A stretch of 64,000 bases of DNA from the NCBI GenBank assembly GCA_013001685.1, contig JABDMD010000001.1, positions 10,101-74,100 of the forward strand, written 5' to 3'. The translations under genes and the position numbers were made by a program. Below, one piece after another: positions 9,552-19,526 of the stretch. The notes below the pieces were generated by a model. That model searched no databases and was not told where the DNA came from. It was given only the letters and a program-made list of their open reading frames with translations. Each line of letters starts with the position of its first letter. The first letter of the stretch is position 1. This DNA comes from Gammaproteobacteria bacterium. GTDB taxonomy: Bacteria; Pseudomonadota; Gammaproteobacteria; UBA4575.

Positions 9552-10316
9552 CTAATAACCAACATACTTATACCAAAACTTACCTAAATATTCATGCATT
9601 GCGATTCTTGTTTGCTTTAGTGCACGAGCATTAGGTATATATTCATACAGCTCTGATGCAGAAGTATTACGTTTATAAAAAATAGTTGGCGCTGGAATTG
9701 GTGTTAAACCTACATCTTCAAAACACCACACTGCTCTAGGCATATGATAGGCATGAGTCACTAATAAAACCTTACTGACAGAATTTTCTTTTAAGGTTTT
9801 CTTAGTAAACATTGCGTTTTCAAAAGTAGTTTTACTTTTTTCTTCAAGCCATTCTACTTGTACACCAAAATCTGTCTCCAACACTTTTTTCATTAATGAA
9901 GCATCAGATTGCCTTTCATCATTAACACTTCCACCCGCTACCATGATTGGAAGCTGATGAACTTTTGAAAGCCTGGAAGCATATCGCAAACGTTCTAAAC
10001 TAGTAGCATTTACAGTATCCAGATTTGTGTATTCACGCGCTATAGGAATGCGTCCACCAGACAGAACAACAATGGCTTGCGTACCCTCTGGCACTTCTCT
10101 TAGAACTTCATATTGGTATTGCAGAGGGTCTAATAGTTTATGAGCTATAAATGGTGTGCTAGCGAAATAAAGCAACGCCGAAGCAAACAATATACAAAAC
10201 GCAGCCGTTTTACGTAGACGTATTAACCAAAAAAACAAACCTATGGCTAATAGGATAATAAATCCAGAAGGAGGTAATAAAATATCGCAAATGGTGCGTA
10301 ATGTTTCAGAATTCAT
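9552..10316 (-). CDS. DUF218 (ElyC/YdcF-like) envelope protein
   Basis: N-terminal TM helix, then DUF218 motifs (VVLSGG..., LVTHAYHMPRA). Confidence 0.6.
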   Translation of the reverse strand: MNSETLRTICDILLPPSGFIILLAIGLFFWLIRLRKTAAFCILFASALLYFASTPFIAHKLLDPLQYQYEVLREVPEGTQAIVVLSGGRIPIAREYTNLDTVNATSLERLRYASRLSKVHQLPIMVAGGSVNDERQSDASLMKKVLETDFGVQVEWLEEKSKTTFENAMFTKKTLKENSVSKVLLVTHAYHMPRAVWCFEDVGLTPIPAPTIFYKRNTSASELYEYIPNARALKQTRIAMHEYLGKFWYKYVGY

Positions 10317-10325
10317 TGCTTAAGA

Positions 10326-11318
10326 TTAACCCAATGCACCCTGTGCTTGAAGGTCTGCATGATAAGAAGAACGCACCAATGGACCGCTGGCGACATGTTC
10401 AAAACCTAGCTCTTTACCAATATTTTTCAAAGCTACAAACTCTTTAGGGTCAAGATAGCGTTGTACAGCTAGATGATGAGCACTAGGTTGCAAATATTGT
10501 CCTAAAGTGAGCATATCAACATCATGTGCACGCAAATCTTTCATCACCTCTACCACCTCATTGATTTCTTCACCCAAACCCAACATTAAGCCAGACTTAG
10601 TTGGCACATGTTTTATATTCAGTTTGTGTTTCTTTAATAGCTTTAACGAGTGTAGGTAATCTGCTCCAGGTCGCGCAGCCGGGTAAAGTCGCGGCACAGT
10701 TTCTAAATTATGATTAAATACGTCTGCCGGTACTTGGCTAAATATATTTAGAGCCTTATCAATCCGACCTCGAAAATCAGGCACTAGAATCTCAATTTTG
10801 ATATCACTATTTTGCTGTCTAATTTCCTGAATACAATCAACAAAGTGGTTTGCGCCACCATCTTTTAAATCATCACGATCTACTGAAGTTATAACAACAT
10901 AACGCAAACCAAGTTTTAATACTGTTTCTGCCAAGTTAGCAGGTTCATTTTCATCCAGAGGTAAAGGCCTGCCATGAGCAACATCGCAAAATGAACAACG
11001 GCGGGTACAAACATCACCCATGATCATAAAGGTGGCAGTGCCACTGCTAAAACACTCGGCTAAATTTGGACAAGATGCTTCTTCACAAACAGTATGTAAT
11101 TTTTGTTCGCGCAATAAATTCTTTAACTCTCTAACTTTAGCAGTGGTAGGTGCTTTAACGCGCAGCCATTTAGGTTTAGAGATTCGTGAACCAGTAATTT
11201 CATTCATGAATTTGAAAGCTACCGGAATCTTAGTCACTTTTTCATGACCTCTCTGTTTAACACCAAGCTTAGCTACATGTGATTTTGGCTGTGTAGTGTT
11301 TGGAGTTTTAGATGTCAT
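10326..11318 (-). CDS. lipA: lipoyl synthase
   Basis: Radical-SAM CxxxCxxC (CTRRCSFC) plus the N-terminal CEEASCPN cluster motif. Confidence 0.9.
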   Translation of the reverse strand: MTSKTPNTTQPKSHVAKLGVKQRGHEKVTKIPVAFKFMNEITGSRISKPKWLRVKAPTTAKVRELKNLLREQKLHTVCEEASCPNLAECFSSGTATFMIMGDVCTRRCSFCDVAHGRPLPLDENEPANLAETVLKLGLRYVVITSVDRDDLKDGGANHFVDCIQEIRQQNSDIKIEILVPDFRGRIDKALNIFSQVPADVFNHNLETVPRLYPAARPGADYLHSLKLLKKHKLNIKHVPTKSGLMLGLGEEINEVVEVMKDLRAHDVDMLTLGQYLQPSAHHLAVQRYLDPKEFVALKNIGKELGFEHVASGPLVRSSYHADLQAQGALG

Positions 11319-11949
11319 AATTATTAATTTTGCTGCAATTATATTCTAGATATTTACAAAGCTTAAAGGTTAATTTTTCAGAAACCATTTCTAAACTTTC
11401 AGTTACTCCATGATCTTTAAGTTGAGTGATCGCTAAACCTGGGAAGCCGCATGGATTAATCAACGAAAACGGACTTATATTCATATTAACATTTAGTGCA
11501 ACACCGTGATAACTACAACCACTATGCACGCGTAAACCAAGTGATGCAATTTTTGCCTCATCGACATATACACCATGTGCATTAGCGCGAGCGTGAGAAA
11601 CTATATTATAATCATCTAGCAATTCAACTATAGACTGCTCTATAAGCCCAACCAAGCGTTTCACACCAATTGATTTACGTCTTAAATCAATTAATAAATA
11701 GATAATCACTTGTCCAGGACCATGATAAGTCACTTGTCCGCCACGATCTGATTGTACAATTGGGATATCGGTTTGTTTAAGAATATGCTGCTGATCTGCA
11801 TTGGCACCCAAAGTGAATACTGCAGGATGCTGTAAACACCAAAACTCATCTACTGTTGTTAAAGTTCGTTGCGTAGTAAATTCACGCATTTTATTGAATA
11901 CAGAGCTGTATTCTTGCATCCCTAGGTTTCGTATATGCAGCTCATACAT
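11308..11949 (-). CDS. lipB: octanoyltransferase (lipoyl(octanoyl) transferase)
   Basis: LipB motifs ([21 protein letters not shown]-terminal region). The start is probably Met-8 of the track ORF (track ORF 11308..11970), giving a TAATG overlap with ybeD. Confidence 0.8.
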   Translation of the reverse strand: MYELHIRNLGMQEYSSVFNKMREFTTQRTLTTVDEFWCLQHPAVFTLGANADQQHILKQTDIPIVQSDRGGQVTYHGPGQVIIYLLIDLRRKSIGVKRLVGLIEQSIVELLDDYNIVSHARANAHGVYVDEAKIASLGLRVHSGCSYHGVALNVNMNISPFSLINPCGFPGLAITQLKDHGVTESLEMVSEKLTFKLCKYLEYNCSKINNYDI

Positions 11950-12215
11950 TATAGCGCCATGATGACCCATTCACATGCAGTAAGCTCATAGTAAATTCCA
12001 TCCAATTGGTCTTTACTAGTAGCATTTACCACTACCGTGATACTGCAATAATTCTTTTGCTTACTCTCCACCTCACTGATCTTAGTATCTTCAAAATCAT
12101 TAAGGTGTTTCTTGAGTATCTCAATTACTGCTTGATGAAAGCCGTGATGATTCTTGCCCATAATCTTAATTGGGAACTCACATGGAAAAACTAAAAGCGA
12201 TTCTTCGTCAGACAT
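11949..12215 (-). CDS. ybeD: UPF0250/DUF493 protein YbeD
   Basis: 88-aa C-terminal part of the track ORF, starting MSDEESLLVFPCEFPIKIMG, which aligns with E. coli YbeD (LEFPTPFTYKVMG). Conserved dacA-ybeD-lipB position. Confidence 0.75.
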   Translation of the reverse strand: MSDEESLLVFPCEFPIKIMGKNHHGFHQAVIEILKKHLNDFEDTKISEVESKQKNYCSITVVVNATSKDQLDGIYYELTACEWVIMAL

Positions 12216-12240
12216 AGATAATATTGAAATGTAGTGTGCT

Positions 12241-13083
12241 TTACATCTTTCGTTGTTGATATAAATTATAGGTTTTTCTCCAAACTTCTCCCGGCTTGCC
12301 ATCAGCAACTATTTTTTGATCTATTTTCGTCGCCGCTAACACCTCTTTACTTGAGCTTGTAATCCATAGTTCATCTGCAGAGTATAGCCATTCTTTTGGG
12401 ATTCGTTGTTGTTTACATTCAATACCAAGTTCTTCTAATAACTCTAAAACAAAATCTCTTGTTATACCTGGCAGAATTAAATTATCTTTAGGATGAGTAT
12501 AAACAACTTCATCGCGCACTAAAAATAAGTTACTTGCAGAACCTTCTAGCGCATAATCATCACGAATCATAATGGCTTCGACTGCAGAAGCTTCTGCTGC
12601 TTCTTGTTTAGCAAGAATATTAGCCAATAAACTTATTGCTTTAATATCACAACGCTGCCAGCGAATATCATTACTAGTTATAAGCTCAACACCATTTTCC
12701 AAATATTCACTTGGTATTATTGGCAGTGGATTAGCCATCGCAAACACTGTGGCTTGTGTAGCTGATGGAAACACATGGTCTCTAGGTGCAACACCACGTG
12801 TAATTTGAATATAGATAGCCAGATCATCATGTTCTGACTGCTGAATTAAATTATTAATTAATGCTTGCCACTCCGAATTATCGTATGGACTGTCAACTTT
12901 AATTTCACCCATACTGCGCTGTAAGCGCTCTAAATGTTGTGTTAAATAAAATGCATTATTTTTATAGACAGGTAATAGCTCGTAGACACCATCACCATAA
13001 ATAAAACCGCGATCTAAAACAGAAACACGGCATTCATCTAATGGCAGATATTCACCATTTAAAAATGCAGGGATAGATGCCAC
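12241..13083 (-). CDS. class IV PLP aminotransferase (D-amino-acid aminotransferase-like)
   Basis: 280 aa. N-terminal GFxYGDGVYE motif and the fold-type IV pattern. Could also be PabC-like. Confidence 0.6.
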   Translation of the reverse strand: MASIPAFLNGEYLPLDECRVSVLDRGFIYGDGVYELLPVYKNNAFYLTQHLERLQRSMGEIKVDSPYDNSEWQALINNLIQQSEHDDLAIYIQITRGVAPRDHVFPSATQATVFAMANPLPIIPSEYLENGVELITSNDIRWQRCDIKAISLLANILAKQEAAEASAVEAIMIRDDYALEGSASNLFLVRDEVVYTHPKDNLILPGITRDFVLELLEELGIECKQQRIPKEWLYSADELWITSSSKEVLAATKIDQKIVADGKPGEVWRKTYNLYQQRKM

Positions 13084-13095
13084 TGGGTGTTTAGC

Positions 13096-14262
13096 TTAAA
13101 ATAATAACTTCACAAAGAAATCGACAATACGTCGCCATAATCCACCTTCTGGATTAGATTGCAAAGCAACCAGTGACTGCTCTAAATAATTTTCTCCCTT
13201 GAGGGTAACTTTAACCACACCAACCTGATCACCTTGTTGAATGGGCGCAACAATTTCAGCATTTATATCCATATCTGCTTTCAAGTCCTCATACCTTCCT
13301 CTGGGAATGGTTACAAATAAATCTTTATCTAAGCCAAGCTGAATGGATTTTGATTCACCTTTCCACATACGTTGCTGAGCTAAAACTTCTCCAGCTTTAT
13401 ATAATTTATGTGACTCATAATATCTAAAACCATAGTTCAGCAATGCCTGGCTGTTCACTGTGCGTGCCTTGTCGCTATCAGTACCCATCACTGCGGATAT
13501 CAAACGCATATCATTTTTTATCGCAGATGCAGCTAAACAATAACCCGCAGCCTCAGTGTGCCCGGTTTTAATACCATCTACCGCACTGTCACGCCACAGC
13601 AAGCGATTACGATTAAATTGTTTAATCCCATTGAAGGTATATTCTTTTTGAGCATAACGTTTATATTCTTCAGGAAACTCACTAATCATTGCGCGAGATA
13701 ACAATGCAATATCATATGCTGTTGTGTAATGATCCGTATCAGGCAAACCGGTTGCATTAACAAAATGCGAGTCTTTCATACCGATACGTTTTGCTTGCGC
13801 ATTCATTACATCAGCAAACGCTTGCTCAGTTCCAGCTACATGCTCCGCCAACGCAATACTTGCATCATTTCCGGATTGAATAATGAGTCCTAGCATCAAA
13901 TGCTCTAATTTAATTTTATCGCCAACCTCAACAAACATCCTCGAACCAATGCTGCGCCATGCGTATTCACTAATTTCTACTTGATCTTCTAACGTGATAT
14001 CTCCTGCCTCTAGAGATTTATACACTACATAGGCAGTCATAATTTTAGTAATACTTGCAGGGTCGACACGCTCATTGGAATTGTGATCTGCTAAAACTGC
14101 ACCACTTCCGAAGTCCATCAATACATAACTACTAGCATCAAAACTTGGTGGCGCGGGAATGGGTAATGATTCCGCATTTATAACAGTACTTGCTAAAAGC
14201 ATCGACGCAAGAAAAGTCGTTAGCAATAAGCTTTTAGCTTTAAATTTCACCAATATCTCCAA
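13096..14262 (-). CDS. dacA: D-alanyl-D-alanine carboxypeptidase (PBP5/6 family)
   Basis: Signal peptide; SITK (SxxK), SGN and KTG motifs; C-terminal beta domain. Confidence 0.8.
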   Translation of the reverse strand: MEILVKFKAKSLLLTTFLASMLLASTVINAESLPIPAPPSFDASSYVLMDFGSGAVLADHNSNERVDPASITKIMTAYVVYKSLEAGDITLEDQVEISEYAWRSIGSRMFVEVGDKIKLEHLMLGLIIQSGNDASIALAEHVAGTEQAFADVMNAQAKRIGMKDSHFVNATGLPDTDHYTTAYDIALLSRAMISEFPEEYKRYAQKEYTFNGIKQFNRNRLLWRDSAVDGIKTGHTEAAGYCLAASAIKNDMRLISAVMGTDSDKARTVNSQALLNYGFRYYESHKLYKAGEVLAQQRMWKGESKSIQLGLDKDLFVTIPRGRYEDLKADMDINAEIVAPIQQGDQVGVVKVTLKGENYLEQSLVALQSNPEGGLWRRIVDFFVKLLF

Positions 14263-14279
14263 AACCTGCTCCTTAATTA

Positions 14280-15215
14280 TTATTCAATCACTACACGGTG
14301 ATCACTCATACCCATTGCAGTTAACTCAGCAACCGTATCATCCGCAGATCGCACCGTAGCTAATGGGCCAATTCGAACACGGTGTAGTTGTTTTGCATTT
14401 TTAACAACTGAAGAAATAGTCACTTCTCCCAAGTTTAAACCGCTAAGTTGGTTCTTTAATTGATTTGCATTCTCACGCTCTCCGAATGCACCTACTTGCA
14501 CATAAACTTGTGGGCCTCTAGCGGATATTGTAATTGCTGAATCATCAACATAAGTTGCCTGTTGCTCAGCAATCACTTTGGATTCTGGCTCTGCAACTGT
14601 GGTGGCTGACTCAGCTTTAACACTTGCGTTGCCACTTGAATTAACCATTCGGTTTTGCGCGAGCCGATAGTTACGCGGATCTAGTGCACGCACTTCTACC
14701 AAACCTGTACCTTCTTTAACAATATCCAACTTCATTGCAGCTGTGTATGACAAATCAATCACCCTATTGCCATGAAATGGCCCACGGTCATTCACACGTA
14801 GGACTACTTGTTTACCGTTTTTTAAATTAGTGACTTGCACGTATGTCGGCAGAGGTAATTGTGTATGTGCAGCAGTCATAGCATACATATCGTAGGGTTC
14901 TCTACTCGAGGTTAGTCTTCCATGAAATTTTTTTCCGTACCAAGAAGCGATTCCTCGTTGCACAAACCCTTGGCTACTTGGCAATGTGTGATAGGTTTTT
15001 CCGAACACAACATATGAACTCGGATTTCCATATTTACTTAGCGGTTCAATTCTTGGAACTTGATCTGCAGGTAACGACCGCTCGGGGCGATCCACCACAG
15101 ATGGCGGACCATCTTGTGGCTCCTTACGTAATGATGAACACGCAGTGAAAGCGAACAAAACCAAAATCCATAGAGCTAGATGATGGCTATGCTGAATGGA
15201 ATTAATTTTGAACAA
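14280..15215 (-). CDS. rlpA: septal ring lytic transglycosylase RlpA (DPBB + SPOR)
   Basis: Lipoprotein signal, DPBB motif (GIASWYG...TASGE) and a C-terminal SPOR domain. Confidence 0.75.
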   Translation of the reverse strand: MFKINSIQHSHHLALWILVLFAFTACSSLRKEPQDGPPSVVDRPERSLPADQVPRIEPLSKYGNPSSYVVFGKTYHTLPSSQGFVQRGIASWYGKKFHGRLTSSREPYDMYAMTAAHTQLPLPTYVQVTNLKNGKQVVLRVNDRGPFHGNRVIDLSYTAAMKLDIVKEGTGLVEVRALDPRNYRLAQNRMVNSSGNASVKAESATTVAEPESKVIAEQQATYVDDSAITISARGPQVYVQVGAFGERENANQLKNQLSGLNLGEVTISSVVKNAKQLHRVRIGPLATVRSADDTVAELTAMGMSDHRVVIE

Positions 15216-16203
15216 CGTAATCTTTAATGTCTTGTTTGATTTGCTGGCTCAATTGATAAACTGCCATGGCATACATATGACTATGATTATAGCGAGTAAT
15301 GACGTAAAAATTATTAAATCCTAGCCAATATTCATCTGAGTCATTATTCTTAAACTCAAGAAGTGCGACAGCTTGCTTTGCATCAGCATTATGTTCAGCA
15401 TCGACATCATATTGAGGCAACTCAGAAATGGATGCAACCGGTTTAAGACCTTTTTCTAATAGTGCTTTATAACGCTTGCCTTGTACTTTTGCTGGCACTG
15501 TAATTATCTCGTTTGCCTTCCAACCGTGACGCTTAAAATAATTTGCCACACTACCAATTACATCTTCATTACTTTCCCAAAGATCTCGTCTGCCATTTTC
15601 ATCAAAATCGACTGCATAGCGTCGGTAACTGCTAGATATAAACTGACTTTTACCCATCGCTCCCGCATAAGAACCTTTAATTGCTAAAGGGTCTAAATTT
15701 TCTTCCTGCGCAAGTAATAAAAATTCCGCTAGTTCACTACGAAAAAATTTCTGCCGAGGCGGGTAATCAAAACCTAAGGTTACCAGTGAATCAAGTACTG
15801 GATACTTTCCCTTATAACGGCCATAAAAAGTTTCCACACCAACTATGGCGACAACAATTTCTGGTGGCACCCCATATTCTCGCTCCGCCGCGGCAAGTAT
15901 AGAAGCATTTTCAGTCCAGAATGCCATGCCTTCCTTAATGCGTTTATCTGTGATGAAAATCTTTTGATATTCTTCCCAATTTTTTTCCTTTTCAGCCGGT
16001 CGTTGTATGGCCTCTAAAACTTGTGTTTGCCTGGTGACCTTTTTAAACAGTATGTCCAAAGACTCTTTGGAATACTTATTTTTAACTGAAAATTCATCAA
16101 TAAATTTCTGCACCTCCACCCTGCTAAGATAATCGTTGTTAGCGAAACTTTGGGTACCACAAGAAAAAAATAAAGCTGTAAGTAAAAATGAATACTTATA
16201 CAT
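15202..16203 (-). CDS. mltB: lytic murein transglycosylase B
   Basis: MltB/Slt35-like motifs (ETxYG, AGAMGxxQF); sits between rodA and rlpA. Confidence 0.75.
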   Translation of the reverse strand: MYKYSFLLTALFFSCGTQSFANNDYLSRVEVQKFIDEFSVKNKYSKESLDILFKKVTRQTQVLEAIQRPAEKEKNWEEYQKIFITDKRIKEGMAFWTENASILAAAEREYGVPPEIVVAIVGVETFYGRYKGKYPVLDSLVTLGFDYPPRQKFFRSELAEFLLLAQEENLDPLAIKGSYAGAMGKSQFISSSYRRYAVDFDENGRRDLWESNEDVIGSVANYFKRHGWKANEIITVPAKVQGKRYKALLEKGLKPVASISELPQYDVDAEHNADAKQAVALLEFKNNDSDEYWLGFNNFYVITRYNHSHMYAMAVYQLSQQIKQDIKDYVVQN

Positions 16204-16207
16204 AAAA

Positions 16208-17338
16208 TTAGTAAGATAAAAATTTACGATGTGAATGAATGGACATTAAAATTCCAAATGCAGCTAATAGTGTAACGGCCGAAGTTCCACCATAGCTAAT
16301 TAATGGTAACGGAACCCCCACCACTGGAAGCAAACCACTTACCATTCCGATATTTACTAAAAAGTAAGCAAAAAACGACAAGCTTAAACTTCCTGCTAAT
16401 AATCTAGAGTAGGTATTTTTTGCGCGTGCTGCAATTGTCAAACCACGCATAACAATAAAACCATAAGCACATAATAATAAGACCACACCAAGAAAACCAA
16501 ATTCTTCGCTAAAAACTGCAAATATGAAGTCAGTAGATCTTTCCGGAATAAAGTCTAGTTGAGACTGGGTTCCATTCAACCAACCTTTTCCATAAACACC
16601 GCCAGAACCTATTGCAATCTTAGACTGTATTATGTGGTAACCAGTTCCAAGTGGATCACTTTCAGGATTTAACATCGTAAGTATGCGTTGGCGTTGATAA
16701 TCATGCAGGTAAAACCAAAACACTGGCATAGATGCCAGTGCGATACCACCAAATACAGCCAGCAGTCGCCAGGTGATCCCTGCAAGAAATATTACACAAA
16801 TTCCAGCAAAAGCAATCAATAAGGCAGTACCTAAATCAGGCTGGGTCAACACTAATCCGGCAGGTATAGCGATAATTATCAGCGCAATAAAGATTTGCGG
16901 AATAGTCGGCGGCATGGGTTTTTCGCTGAAGTACCAGGCCACCATCATCGGCAAGAAAATTTTTAATAATTCTGATGGCTGAAAACGCACAACACCTAGA
17001 TCGATCCAACGCTGTGCACCTTTGCCACTATAGCCAATCATCATCACCACCAGCAATAACGCTATACCTAATAAATATAGCCACGGTGACCAACGCGCTA
17101 ATTCTTTTGCCGGTATCTGCGCTAAAAATATCAGTACAGCAAAGCCTAAAGCAAAGCGAATCGATTGCCTTGTGATAGCTGCCATTTCACCACTGGTTGC
17201 GCTATATAATACTGCCAAACCGATAGTACAAAGTAGTACTAGAGAAATAAATAAAGTTGGATCAATATTGAATAAATTCCTCTCCTCCCTAATTGGAGAA
17301 TTAACTAATGAGTCTCTAATGGAGTAACTGCTTGCCAT
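16208..17338 (-). CDS. mrdB: peptidoglycan glycosyltransferase RodA (SEDS)
   Basis: 376 aa polytopic SEDS protein directly downstream of PBP2. Confidence 0.85.
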   Translation of the reverse strand: MASSYSIRDSLVNSPIREERNLFNIDPTLFISLVLLCTIGLAVLYSATSGEMAAITRQSIRFALGFAVLIFLAQIPAKELARWSPWLYLLGIALLLVVMMIGYSGKGAQRWIDLGVVRFQPSELLKIFLPMMVAWYFSEKPMPPTIPQIFIALIIIAIPAGLVLTQPDLGTALLIAFAGICVIFLAGITWRLLAVFGGIALASMPVFWFYLHDYQRQRILTMLNPESDPLGTGYHIIQSKIAIGSGGVYGKGWLNGTQSQLDFIPERSTDFIFAVFSEEFGFLGVVLLLCAYGFIVMRGLTIAARAKNTYSRLLAGSLSLSFFAYFLVNIGMVSGLLPVVGVPLPLISYGGTSAVTLLAAFGILMSIHSHRKFLSY

Positions 17339-17341
17339 GTG

Positions 17342-19291
17342 CTAATTAACCGCGTTGTTTATCGATATATTGGCCGATGAATTTGCTAGTGAATTTGAGT
17401 CTTTATTTTTCTGCGCTTTATTTTTAGGACCATATGTTGCAGTAAGTTCTTCTTTACTCAACAAAAAATGATCCATCACAACTCTTGCCACAGGCGCCGC
17501 GGATTTACTGCCACTTCCACCATTTTCAACAATCACTGCAATCGCAATTCTTGGATCATCAGCCGGAGCAAAGGCTATAAATAATCCATGATCACGTAAT
17601 TTTTCAGCCACATTTTCTTCTTCATATTCTTCATCTTCTGCCAAACCAAATACTTGCGCTGTACCTGTTTTTCCTGCAATTTTATATTTTGCATCTTTAC
17701 CAATTCTAAAGGCTGTACCGTTAGGTTTATGCGCAACATCAACCATCGCAGATATCACTTGATCCCAATACAAATCACTCTCAACATTTACAGTAGGCAT
17801 GGCAGTTGCACTCGCAGGCTCTTCTGCTTGAGCTTGTCTACGTGTTGCACGTAAAAACCTTGGACGTACACCCTGACCACGCATTGCAATCGCACTCGTT
17901 GCAACAGCAAGTTGTAAAGGCGTTGCCAACATATAACCTTGACCAATACCGGTAATTACCGTTTCACCTGGATACCAAGGCTGACCATAAACGGCTTTCT
18001 TCCATTGCACAGACGGCATCAAACCTTTTGCTTCTCCCCATGTATCTAATTCAGTTCGAGAACCTAAATTAAATTGGCTTAAAAATTCTGAAATTTTGTC
18101 GATACCAAGCTCTGTCGCCAGCGTGTAAAAATACACATCACACGATTGAATAATAGCTTTATACATATCAACTTTACCGTGGCCGCCTTTTTTCCAATCA
18201 CGGTATTTTCGCTTATGCCCAGGTAATATATAATAAGGTCCGGCATACATAGTTTCACCCGCCCAGGTTGCGCCATAATGCAATCCAGCTAATGCCATCA
18301 TCGGTTTAATCGTTGAACCTGGCGGATATTGGCCACGCAGTGCACGATTAAATAAAGGACGATCACCATCATCGCGCAGCAACGAGTATTGCTTACTGCT
18401 AATTCCATTTACAAAAAGATTAGGGTCAAAAGTCGGTGTACTTACAAATACTAAAATTTCTCCAGTGACTGGGTCCATCGCTACTACCGAACCATTACGT
18501 TCTCCTAAACTTTCTTGCGCAATTTTTTGTAAGCGTGCGTCAATCGATAAAACTATATCTGCACCAGGTGTGGGTGGCACTTTTTCTAGCACCCGCAACT
18601 TGCGTCCTTGCGCATTAATTTCAATATGCTGATAACCCACTTCGCCATGCAATAAGTTTTCGTAAAATTTTTCTACGCCCACTTTTCCTACATGCGTAGT
18701 ACCACTGTACATTTGTTTATCAAGCTTTTGCGCTTCATCTGCATTTATTCGACCCACATAACCTAATGCATGAGTATTCAATCCAGAAAAAGGATAAAAG
18801 CGATTTGCACGTGCTGTAATTTCAACTCCAGGGAAACGATGACGGTTTACAGAAAACTTAGCAACTTCAATTTCGTTTAAATTTAATTTTAGCGGTATAG
18901 CTTCAAAAGATTGCTTGCGTTTTACATCTTCAAAAAACTTTTTTAAGTGATGCTCTTCTAATTCAATATATTCAGCTAGCTGCTTTACGATTTGTTGGAG
19001 ATCGTCGACTTGAACCGGGGTGATCTCTATTTGATAGCTAGATTTATTATCAGCCAGTAGTTTTAAATTACGGTCAAAAATTAACCCACGTGTTGGTGCG
19101 AGCGGTACCACACGAACTCGATTTTCTTGAGACAAAGTGGCGTAGTGTTCATTGCTGACTATCTGCAGATGAAATAACCTAACCCCTAGCACAAAAATGC
19201 TACAAATAACTAAAAAAGCAACCATATAGACACGCGCCCGGAAAAAACGTTCTTCCAGCTTTGGATTTTTAAGAAAATCTCGTGACGCCAA
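17342..19291 (-). CDS. mrdA: penicillin-binding protein 2 (transpeptidase)
   Basis: 649 aa. N-terminal TM, PBP dimerisation domain, STIK/SxN/KTG motifs. Confidence 0.85.
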   Translation of the reverse strand: MASRDFLKNPKLEERFFRARVYMVAFLVICSIFVLGVRLFHLQIVSNEHYATLSQENRVRVVPLAPTRGLIFDRNLKLLADNKSSYQIEITPVQVDDLQQIVKQLAEYIELEEHHLKKFFEDVKRKQSFEAIPLKLNLNEIEVAKFSVNRHRFPGVEITARANRFYPFSGLNTHALGYVGRINADEAQKLDKQMYSGTTHVGKVGVEKFYENLLHGEVGYQHIEINAQGRKLRVLEKVPPTPGADIVLSIDARLQKIAQESLGERNGSVVAMDPVTGEILVFVSTPTFDPNLFVNGISSKQYSLLRDDGDRPLFNRALRGQYPPGSTIKPMMALAGLHYGATWAGETMYAGPYYILPGHKRKYRDWKKGGHGKVDMYKAIIQSCDVYFYTLATELGIDKISEFLSQFNLGSRTELDTWGEAKGLMPSVQWKKAVYGQPWYPGETVITGIGQGYMLATPLQLAVATSAIAMRGQGVRPRFLRATRRQAQAEEPASATAMPTVNVESDLYWDQVISAMVDVAHKPNGTAFRIGKDAKYKIAGKTGTAQVFGLAEDEEYEEENVAEKLRDHGLFIAFAPADDPRIAIAVIVENGGSGSKSAAPVARVVMDHFLLSKEELTATYGPKNKAQKNKDSNSLANSSANISINNAVN

Positions 19292-19526
19292 TTCGCTAAT
19301 ACACCTTATATAAGACGTTAATCATGCCAAATAAATTTCTAACGTATATTTTATAGTGTATTTTAACCAATTGTATTTTTTGATTGCATAAGATTATTCA
19401 TTAGTGGAAAGACCTCAATTTACTTATATAATCAGCGGCCAGTCGATAATGACGAGAATAACGATAATAGCTCGACTGCCCTCATCTAAGACATAAATAA
19501 CAAGCGATTTTTAGGGAGAAAGATTC

